13,806 bases of DNA, taken from Candidatus Fraserbacteria bacterium (lineage in GTDB: Bacteria > Bipolaricaulota > Bipolaricaulia > RBG-16-55-9 > JANLFV01). The notes beneath the pieces are model-generated. The model saw only the letters and a program-made list of their open reading frames with translations, was not told the origin of the DNA and did no database searches. Both the position numbers and the translations under genes were made by a program. This document shows, in pieces, positions 7,940 through 13,806 of this stretch (its first letter is position 1; every line of letters begins with the position of its first letter). The stretch covers positions 24,591-38,396 of the forward strand of contig JBBIJD010000007.1 of the NCBI GenBank assembly GCA_037446135.1, written 5' to 3'.

Positions 7940-8451
7940 CGCTCTACCACCATGAAGGAGATCGTAAAGATATAACCCTCAGCCAAAGGGCCTGAGAGCC
8001 GACTCAGGTCGAGCCGGAGCCCGAGCCTTGCGACCGTCCCGATCCCGATGTTATTCCCTCCGGTAAAGAGCGGGCGCGGGGAGGCCGCCGGCCCGAGGGG
8101 GGCAAAATCCGGGACGAGGACCTCATCGAACGGGCCGACGATCTCCTCTACCCGGAGTTCGATGGCTCCGACATCGGTCAAGGGGGAGACCAGGCCGTAG
8201 GCCGCTACTTGGTAGTCAATGAGGGAATAGACCCGGACTTCGAGGCTCTCGAGGGGGATGAACCCCCTCTGCAGCTCGGGGGCGCCGATGGTGAGCGTGA
8301 GTGGTCCGCCGCGGACCTCAATGGATAGGGCCCGCTCGATGGTCAAGATCAGCGTAGCGCTGGCAGTATCGGCATCCTCCTCCTGGGCCGAGCTGGGGAT
8401 GAGAAAGAGAGGGAGGAAGAAGACTATGCCCAGAAGGAACCAGAGCCTCAT
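7936..8451 (-). CDS. Secreted pilin-like subunit, first gene of the operon
   Basis: The ORF-track start (8487) lies inside the riboswitch aptamer, so the real start is probably ATG 8451 (or 8463). Signal peptide ending SSA-Q. Motifs VRVYSLIDYQV, FTGGNN, RLDLSRL, YIFTISFMVVER. Confidence 0.7.
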   Translation of the reverse strand: MRLWFLLGIVFFLPLFLIPSSAQEEDADTASATLILTIERALSIEVRGGPLTLTIGAPELQRGFIPLESLEVRVYSLIDYQVAAYGLVSPLTDVGAIELRVEEIVGPFDEVLVPDFAPLGPAASPRPLFTGGNNIGIGTVARLGLRLDLSRLSGPLAEGYIFTISFMVVER

Positions 8452-8459
8452 CGACCTTC

Positions 8460-8539
8460 GCATCTTCGGCAGCCCGACTGCCCCCATGGGCTCGCGGCTT
8501 TGCGTCCCCTCCTTCCGGAGAGTTTGCCCTTTCGGATGC
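8460..8539 (-). ncRNA. c-di-GMP-I (GEMM-I) riboswitch aptamer
   Basis: Minus strand reads GCAUC-CGAAA-GGGCAAAC-UCUCC-GGAA-GGAGG-GGACGCAAAGCC-GCGAGCCCAUGGGGGCAGUCGGGCUGCCGAA-GAUGC. It has the GGCAAAC/GACGCAAAGCC GEMM signature, a GNRA-capped P2, a P3 ending GGC..CCGA, and a 5-bp P1 (GCAUC/GAUGC). It lies between a promoter and the first gene. Confidence 0.9.
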
Positions 8540-8573
8540 CTCTCCAGCCTGCCTGCCCTGTCCGGCTGGACTG

Positions 8574-8602
8574 ACTATAACATCTTAACCCTTGAAAATG
8601 AA
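8574..8602 (-). promoter_or_regulatory. Sigma70-type extended -10 promoter of the fibre operon
   Basis: TG-T-TATAGT at 8582-8574 in an AT-rich patch, with weak -35 TTCATT (8602-8597) at 17-bp spacing, about 35 nt upstream of the riboswitch. Confidence 0.6.
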
Positions 8603-8623
8603 GCGGTATGTAACGAAGATCAC

Positions 8624-9175
8624 CTAGAGCCCTTGGCAGACCACTCGCCCGGAGGGGCACTCCTCCAATGGGAAGCGGCTCTCGAGCCAGCGGCCGATGG
8701 CGCTCCCCCGGGCGAGGTGGTGAGCATAGTGGAGATGAAGGCATTTTACTCTATCCCAGTCGGCAATCCCGCCGATCCCACACGCCCGCAAGGCCGCGGC
8801 GAAGCCATGCTCTTCCGCTAGAGCTCGGTCTTCGGGGCTGAGGGCCGCCCACCGCTCGGCGAGGTAGCGGCGATGATCCTCATGATACTCCTGCCGGAGC
8901 CGCTCGTCCGCCGCGAGGGCCCGCTCCACGGCCTTGATATAGCCGCGTTGCTCTAATCTCGAGAGCTGCTCGATCAAGGTCGGGCAGGTGAGCCAGAAGA
9001 GGGTGGGGAAGGGCTCGATCGTTGCGTTATCTTTTAGCAGGGGATAGACCTTGATCACCTGGGGATAGCCGAAGCGGCAGCGACGCTCGATCCCTAAAAG
9101 GCCGCGGGGCTCACGATCGAGCTGGCTGCGGAGGATGCGGAGGGTTTGCTCATCGACCTGGGCTTTCGGTCCCAT
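8624..9175 (-). CDS. DUF501 domain-containing protein
   Basis: Motifs QL.R.PRG, C..G.P.V, PFPTLFWLTCP, S.LE..G and GIGG....VKCLH.HYAH.LA, as I recognise them from DUF501. Confidence 0.88.
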   Translation of the reverse strand: MGPKAQVDEQTLRILRSQLDREPRGLLGIERRCRFGYPQVIKVYPLLKDNATIEPFPTLFWLTCPTLIEQLSRLEQRGYIKAVERALAADERLRQEYHEDHRRYLAERWAALSPEDRALAEEHGFAAALRACGIGGIADWDRVKCLHLHYAHHLARGSAIGRWLESRFPLEECPSGRVVCQGL

Positions 9176-9242
9176 CTTCTCCTTCCAGAATAACTTAAAC
9201 TCGCGAGCCGAGCCAGGGGCTGTCAGACCATCCCCAAGGCCT

Positions 9243-9251
9243 TGTTAAAAT
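9243..9251 (+). promoter_or_regulatory. Extended -10 element (TG-T-TAAAAT), candidate promoter for the structured RNA or the Tat gene leader
   Basis: tgttaaaat in a GC-rich context predicts a start near G9258. No good -35 was seen. Confidence 0.45.
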
Positions 9252-9257
9252 GACGCC

Positions 9258-9575
9258 GGTGCGAGCCAGGTCGGTGATGGTGCTTGAGAGATGAGATTCG
9301 GGCCTTCCCACACCCCCTGTAGCCTGTATAGCCTGGCTCGAGCATGGTGCATCCGCGGTGGGGAGGACCCCACGGCTGCCAGGGTTTTGCCGTTGCCCTC
9401 CCCAGCCTCCGGGGCAACGGATTTTTCCCCAGCAGCTCTGCGGACGCGGTTCGAATCCGCATGAGCCAGGCCGTCTAGGGCGGCTGCGCCCAGCCCGCCT
9501 TCCGTCGCAGCCGCCCTAGACTCACCCCCTCAAGTGATCGAGATCACCTCCAGCCCTCTCCCCCTTCCTTGGGGA
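9258..9575. ncRNA. Unidentified highly structured RNA-like element with a tRNA-type T-arm
   Basis: Nested complementary segments: 9283-9295/9521-9534, 9331-9339/9463-9471, 9352-9358/9438-9444, 9358-9363/9368-9373, 9375-9384/9427-9436, 9390-9398/9412-9420, GCGG-UUCGAAU-CCGC at 9446-9460, and a perfect 16-bp stem 9473-9488/9506-9521. Family and strand are unresolved. Confidence 0.5.
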
Positions 9576-9632
9576 AGCCTCTACTCCTAAGATAGCTTAA
9601 AGCCATCCCGAGCTAGAGAAGGGGGGAGTGGT

Positions 9633-10196
9633 ATGTCCGAGACAAGGCTAGGTCGGCGGGAATTCCTCAAGGGGCTCGGCTTGCTCGCCGGGGCACTCGC
9701 GATGGAGAGCGCGCCCGGGCTGGCCCGGGCCACGCAGCTCGACCTCCCTGCTGAGGAGGCCCTCACGATCATGATCGAGATCGGCGAGCCGCTGGTTAAG
9801 CTCCGTCGCCCGGAACGGAAGTTCACCGTCTACTTCGACCTCCGCGTCGAGATGCCCCAGGGCCGGCTCATCGAGGTGAAGCGGACGGTGCGCATCATCC
9901 GGGCCATCACTAGGAAGTTCCGTGGCACCGAAGAGGTGATCTTCGTCCCCGTCGCGGTGAAGAAGGAGGACATCTCCAAGGCCATCAAGGATAACCGGAT
10001 CTTGGCCCAGGGCGAGGAGAATGTCCTGATCGACTTCGCCTATATCTGCAATACCCTGAAGTATCTCAGTGGGACCGCCTTCGCGGTGGAGATCCTCATC
10101 GAGGCCCGAGGGGTCACAGCCGACCGGGGCCGGATCTATTCCGCCAATAAGCTGGTGATCAAGAACTTCGAGGTCCCCCAGGTCTGCAAGCTCTAG
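9633..10196 (+). CDS. Tat-signal (twin-arginine) exported protein of unknown function
   Basis: GGGGGGAG RBS. N-terminus GRREFLK followed by a hydrophobic stretch and an ARA cleavage motif. The mature part is not recognised. Confidence 0.75.
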   Translation: MSETRLGRREFLKGLGLLAGALAMESAPGLARATQLDLPAEEALTIMIEIGEPLVKLRRPERKFTVYFDLRVEMPQGRLIEVKRTVRIIRAITRKFRGTEEVIFVPVAVKKEDISKAIKDNRILAQGEENVLIDFAYICNTLKYLSGTAFAVEILIEARGVTADRGRIYSANKLVIKNFEVPQVCKL

Positions 10197-10214
10197 CTTA
10201 GCCTGGCTTAGCGG

Positions 10215-10244
10215 TTGCCCGCCGGCCCGCCTCTTCGCTATACT
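10215..10244 (+). promoter_or_regulatory. Sigma70-type promoter for sucD, probably leaderless
   Basis: TTGCCC-18bp-TATACT, with the GTG start 7 nt after the -10 box and no Shine-Dalgarno. Confidence 0.6.
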
Positions 10245-10251
10245 CACGGGC

Positions 10252-11130
10252 GTGAGTATCCTCATTGACGAGCGGACGCGGCTCCTCATCCAGGGGATCA
10301 CTGGGGGTGAGGGGAGCTTCCATGCCCGGCGGATGATCGAATACGGGACGAAGGTCGTGGCCGGAGTGACTCCTGGGAAGGGGGGCCAACGCCTGGACTC
10401 CGTCCCGATCTATGATACCGTCGCCGAGGCCGAGGCCCATACTAAGCCCAAGCCTAATGCATCGGTGATCTTCGTCCCGGCCCCGTTCGCACCGGACGCG
10501 ATCATCGAGGCCGCGGATGCCGGGATCAAGCTGATCGTCTGCATCACCGAGCGAATCCCCATGCAGAGTGTCCTAAAGGTATATCACATGCTCAAGCTGC
10601 GGAAGACGAGACTGATCGGGCCGAACTGCCCCGGAGTGATCTCCCCCGGGAAGGCGAAGGTCGGGATCATGCCCGGAGAGGTCTTCCGCCCCGGACCGGT
10701 GGGGATCGTCTCCCGCTCCGGGACCTTAACTTATGAGATCGCGGCCCAGCTCTCGCGGGCCGGGCTGGGCCAGTCGACGGTCGTGGGGATCGGCGGGGAT
10801 CCCGTGGTCGGGAGCTCATTCATCGACATCCTCGAGCTATTCGAGAAGGACCCGGAGACAAAGCTGGTCGTCCTGGTCGGCGAGATCGGCGGGCGGGACG
10901 AGGAAGAGGCGGCCGAATTTATCGCGAAAGAGATGACCAAGCCGGTGATCGCCTACATCGCCGGGTTCTCTGCCCCGCCAGGGAAGCGGATGGGCCACGC
11001 CGGTGCGATCATCTCCGGTGGGGAGGGGACGGCCCAGAGTAAGAAGGAGGCCCTCGAAGCGAAGGGGATCCCCGTCGGCCGGACGCCCCGCGAGATGGTC
11101 GAGCTGGCGAAACGGGCCCTCGGGGGATAG
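10252..11130 (+). CDS. sucD: Succinyl-CoA synthetase (succinate--CoA ligase) alpha subunit
   Basis: [43 protein letters not shown] and the phospho-His motif RMGHAGAII. Confidence 0.96.
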   Translation: MSILIDERTRLLIQGITGGEGSFHARRMIEYGTKVVAGVTPGKGGQRLDSVPIYDTVAEAEAHTKPKPNASVIFVPAPFAPDAIIEAADAGIKLIVCITERIPMQSVLKVYHMLKLRKTRLIGPNCPGVISPGKAKVGIMPGEVFRPGPVGIVSRSGTLTYEIAAQLSRAGLGQSTVVGIGGDPVVGSSFIDILELFEKDPETKLVVLVGEIGGRDEEEAAEFIAKEMTKPVIAYIAGFSAPPGKRMGHAGAIISGGEGTAQSKKEALEAKGIPVGRTPREMVELAKRALGG

Positions 11131-11135
11131 AATAG

Positions 11136-12224
11136 ATGGGCTTCAACTGCGGGCTTGTGGGCCTCCCGAATGTCGGGAAATCGACGATCTTCAATGCCCT
11201 TACCGCCGCCGGGGCGAAGGTCGAGAGCTTCCCCTTCTCCACGATCAAGACGAATGTGGGGGTCGTGGCCGTCCCCGATCCGCGACTGGATAAACTGGCT
11301 GCGCTCTACCCCGAGAAGAGGAAGGTCCCCACCACTTTAGAGTTCTTGGACATCGCCGGCTTAGTCCGCGGGGCCCACCAGGGTGAGGGGTTGGGGAATC
11401 AGTTCCTAGCCGAGATCCGGAATGTCGATGCTATCGCCCACATCGTCCGGTGCTTCGAGGACCCCCTTGTCCCCCATGTCGACGGCTCGCTCGACCCCAA
11501 GAGGGACATCGAGGTCGTCGAGCTCGAGCTCCTCTTGAAGGACCTCGAGACGCTCGAGAACGCATTGGACAAGCTCCGGAGACGGGCCCGGGCCGGGGAG
11601 CGGGAGGCCCAGAAGGAGCTGGACCTGCTGGAGCGAGTCGCCACAGCGGTGAAGGAAGGGAAAGCAGTCCGGACGCTCGAACTCACGGAGGAGGAACTGG
11701 CTAGGCTCCGCGGGCTGGGGCTCCTCACAGAGAAGCCGGTCCTCTTCGTAGCCAATGTCGGGGATGAGGGCGAGAACGATTATTCCAGGGTCGTGGCCGA
11801 GGCGGCCCGGGCCCGTGGGGCCGGGTATATCGCGATCCGCGGGAGGCTGGAGATGGAGATCGTCGAGGCCACAGAGGACGAAGAGGAACGGGCCCTCTGG
11901 CGGCAGGAATGGGGCCTTGCGGAGTCGGGCCTGGAGCGGCTGATCCGGGCTGGGTATGAGCTGCTCGGGCTAGTGACCTTCTTCACCACCGACGGCCCGG
12001 AGGTCCGGGCCTGGACGGTCAAGGAGGGGACAAAGGCCCCTCAGGCCGGGGCCAAGATCCACACGGACTTCGAGAAGAGGTTCATCCAAGCCGAGGTCGT
12101 CCCGATCGAGCTTCTCCTCGAGAAGGGCTCTCTCCAAGCGGTCAAGGAAACCGGCGGGCTCACCCGAGCTGGTGAGGGCTACGAGGTCCAGGACGGCGAT
12201 GTGATCCACTTCGTCGTGGCCTGA
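11136..12224 (+). CDS. ychF: Redox-regulated Obg-family ATPase YchF
   Basis: GLVGLPNVGKST, DIAGLVRGA..GEGLGNQFL, VRCFED, FFT....VRAWT, IHTDFEK.FI.AEV, Y.VQDGDVIHF. Confidence 0.96.
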   Translation: MGFNCGLVGLPNVGKSTIFNALTAAGAKVESFPFSTIKTNVGVVAVPDPRLDKLAALYPEKRKVPTTLEFLDIAGLVRGAHQGEGLGNQFLAEIRNVDAIAHIVRCFEDPLVPHVDGSLDPKRDIEVVELELLLKDLETLENALDKLRRRARAGEREAQKELDLLERVATAVKEGKAVRTLELTEEELARLRGLGLLTEKPVLFVANVGDEGENDYSRVVAEAARARGAGYIAIRGRLEMEIVEATEDEEERALWRQEWGLAESGLERLIRAGYELLGLVTFFTTDGPEVRAWTVKEGTKAPQAGAKIHTDFEKRFIQAEVVPIELLLEKGSLQAVKETGGLTRAGEGYEVQDGDVIHFVVA

Positions 12225-12238
12225 CGAGATAAGATGAG

Positions 12239-12847
12239 ATGAAGGCAAGAGTCCTCGAGATCCGCGGCCAGCGCGACCTCAGCCCAGCCGAGGCGGCCCT
12301 CATCGCGGAGGTGGTGAGCCAAGGTGGATTGCTCGTCTTCCCCACCGAGACGGTCTACGGCCTCGGCTGCGCCGCCGATGACCAGGCCGCGCTCGAGCGG
12401 CTCTACCGCTTGAAGGGGCGGGAGCGAGCCAAGCCAATGGCCCTCCATCTCGGCACAGTAGAGGGGCTCTTCCGCTACGCCATCGTCGGGGAGCGGGAGC
12501 GGAGGTGGATCGAGAAACTCCTCCCCGGGCCTTACACCCTGATTTTGAGGGCCTCTCCTGAAGCGCCTAAGGCGGCAGTGAGCGGTGGGAAGGTCGGGAT
12601 TCGAGTCCCGGCCAGTCGGGCCTTCGGGCTGATCGCCCAGGCCGCGGAGCGGCCGCTGGTCGGGACGAGCGCCAACCGGAGCGGCGAGCCCCCGGTCATA
12701 AGCTCAGAGGAGGCTCTCGCCCAGTTCTCCGAGAAGGTCGAGCTGATCGTCGTAGCAGATGAGCCCCTCTCGGGCCGAAGCTCGGCGGTCCTCGACCTGA
12801 CGGAAGAGCTCCCAAAGGCCCTCCGGGGGGAGCTGCCCAAGATCTAA
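12239..12847 (+). CDS. tsaC: L-threonylcarbamoyladenylate synthase, short YrdC/TsaC type without the SUA5 C-terminal domain
   Basis: FPTETVYGL, KGR...KP, PGPYTLIL, GIRVP, TSANRSG; 202 aa. Confidence 0.92.
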   Translation: MKARVLEIRGQRDLSPAEAALIAEVVSQGGLLVFPTETVYGLGCAADDQAALERLYRLKGRERAKPMALHLGTVEGLFRYAIVGERERRWIEKLLPGPYTLILRASPEAPKAAVSGGKVGIRVPASRAFGLIAQAAERPLVGTSANRSGEPPVISSEEALAQFSEKVELIVVADEPLSGRSSAVLDLTEELPKALRGELPKI

Positions 12848-12991
12848 TCGAACCCGCCAGACAGCCAGACAGACTGGGACAGGCGTCGGCCCCTCGTCGG
12901 AGAAGCTTCCCTCGGCGTGGGTGCTCCCGGGGCTCCTCCGGCCTCAGCTCGAGGGGTAAGCTCATCTCGGATCGGACGGACCGAAGAAGAG

Positions 12992-13615
12992 ATGAGTCGC
13001 ATAATCGTGCTCTCAGCTATGTTATTCCTCCTGCTCCTCCCGGGCTGCGCCCAGCTCCAGGAGTGGAACGCCCAGCCTGCTGCGACGACGGCCGACTGCC
13101 CGGAGCCACCACCCTGTCCGAGCTGCGACTGCCCCGAATGCCCGCCGCCAGAGCCGGAAGTCAGTGGCTCGCTCCTCCAGCCGAGCTTCAAGGAGGAGAC
13201 CCTCGTCGGGCTGATCAACGAATATCGCCAGGGGAAGGGGCTGGCCCCCTTAGAATGGGATGGGAACCTCTACATCGCTGCCATGATCCACGCCCAGGTC
13301 TGGGCCCAGGCCTGCCGGACCGAGGAAGGCTGTAGCGACCAGTGCTGGAAGAACGCTCAGTGCCCCTATGAGCTCTCGTTCGCCGAGCGGCTCAAGCTCG
13401 CGGGCTACACCGGCTCCGCGCAGGAGCTCCTGGCCGCCGGGGACGGCTACTACGACAGCCGGGATGCCCTGGCCGATTGGACTGACCCAGAGTGGTATCC
13501 CTCTGCCGCGGCAGCGCTAGCCAGCCCAAGCTATAAGGAGGTCGCCTGCTCGTTCGTCCGCTGCCATTACTGCTGGGTCCATACTATTTATGTCTGCCTC
13601 CTCGGCACAAGCTAA
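12992..13615 (+). CDS. CAP/SCP-like domain lipoprotein with Cys/Pro-rich linker
   Basis: Likely start ATG 12992, with a lipobox LPG-C. CAP-like motifs L..LINEYR...GL.PL.WD..L..AA..HA, F.ERL...GY and W.......L.SP.Y. Confidence 0.75.
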   Translation: MSRIIVLSAMLFLLLLPGCAQLQEWNAQPAATTADCPEPPPCPSCDCPECPPPEPEVSGSLLQPSFKEETLVGLINEYRQGKGLAPLEWDGNLYIAAMIHAQVWAQACRTEEGCSDQCWKNAQCPYELSFAERLKLAGYTGSAQELLAAGDGYYDSRDALADWTDPEWYPSAAAALASPSYKEVACSFVRCHYCWVHTIYVCLLGTS

Positions 13616-13642
13616 GCTAGCTCGAGCTAGGCTCGGGCCCTT

Positions 13643-13671
13643 TTGGCGCGGGCCGGGGCGGGGGCTATAAT
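13643..13671 (+). promoter_or_regulatory. Sigma70-type promoter, probably leaderless
   Basis: TTGGCG-17bp-TATAAT (perfect -10). In-frame ATGs at 13674 and 13680; no Shine-Dalgarno. Confidence 0.65.
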
Positions 13672-13679
13672 AAATGGCG

Positions 13680-13806
13680 ATGCAAAAGCTCTTCATGCTG
13701 CTCCTCTGCGGGCTCCTGCTCTTGCTCAGCCTGGGAGTTGGGGCCAAGCAGGAGCAGATAGTCACCGGCCTTGTCTTTCACGATGCTAACCTCAACGGGA
13801 TCCACG
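13680..13806 (+). CDS. 5' part of a secreted protein starting with an SdrD-B-like motif (truncated by window edge)
   Basis: Manual translation: MQKLFMLLLCGLLLLLSLGVGAKQEQIVTGLVFHDANLNGIH. This is a signal peptide plus G.VF.D.N.NG, and the frame is open to the window end. Confidence 0.7.
   Translation, partial: MQKLFMLLLCGLLLLLSLGVGAKQEQIVTGLVFHDANLNGIH

Noticed and set aside
5075..8451. Type IV pilins, sortase pilins or canonical WxL proteins
   Set aside because: No class III G/F-x-x-x-E prepilin motif, no LPxTG sorting signals or sortase, and no terminal WxL motif.
8452..8487. N-terminal extension MGAVGLPK of the first subunit in the ORF track
   Set aside because: It lies within the riboswitch aptamer, and the signal peptide begins downstream.
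9244..9270. Cobalamin riboswitch-like GTTAAAA..GCCGGTGC
   Set aside because: Lacks the GGGAA and GCCACTG/B12-box elements, and is better explained as an extended -10.
9223..9462. 79-aa minus-strand ORF in the intergenic region
   Set aside because: No RBS, non-protein-like composition, and it coincides with the structured element.
9216..9471. tmRNA or a true tRNA (GGGGCTG at 9216, GGAC-GCGGTTCGAATCCGC at 9442-9460)
   Set aside because: No acceptor strand complementary to GGGGCTG follows the T-arm, and there is no CCA, no tag ORF and no 7-nt anticodon loop.
9473..9521. 16-bp hairpin as an intrinsic terminator or IS end
   Set aside because: No U-tract on either side and no transposase or target duplication nearby. 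Kept only as part of the structured element.
9648..10301. 217-aa minus-strand ORF
   Set aside because: Antisense to the Tat-signal gene and overlapping sucD, with no recognisable features.
11128..11135. TAGAAT before ychF as a leaderless promoter
   Set aside because: Only 2 nt from the ATG, too close for a -10 box, and it is simply the sucD stop context.
12856..12874. Short tandem repeat (gccagaca)x2
   Set aside because: Too short, with no spacers or further copies. Not CRISPR.
12917..12991. Upstream GTG start of the CAP lipoprotein
   Set aside because: The lipoprotein signal peptide begins at ATG 12992, and the extension is low-complexity.
13617..13630. Perfect 14-bp palindrome ctagctcgagctag after the CAP gene
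   Set aside because: Single occurrence with no U-tract or matching site elsewhere. It could be an operator but cannot be supported.

Overview
High-GC bacterial window. Housekeeping genes (rbfA, a DUF501 gene, sucD, ychF, tsaC/yrdC) flank an ~8.2 kb minus-strand operon of eight exported or membrane-anchored proteins (353-8451). The operon encodes five paralogous pilin-like subunits, a two-domain chaperone-like protein, a 1010-aa mosaic protein that may act as an usher, and a membrane-anchored paralogue of that protein's N-terminus. It is preceded by an extended -10 promoter and a recognisable c-di-GMP-I (GEMM-I) riboswitch at 8460-8539 that abuts the first start codon. The best interpretation (inference) is a non-canonical, c-di-GMP-controlled chaperone/usher-like pilus or biofilm-fibre system. 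The 457-bp divergent intergenic region at 9176-9632 holds an unidentified, highly structured RNA-like element with a tRNA-type T-loop, upstream of an orphan Tat-exported protein. Several genes look leaderless. The window ends with a Cys-rich CAP-domain lipoprotein and the start of a secreted protein.
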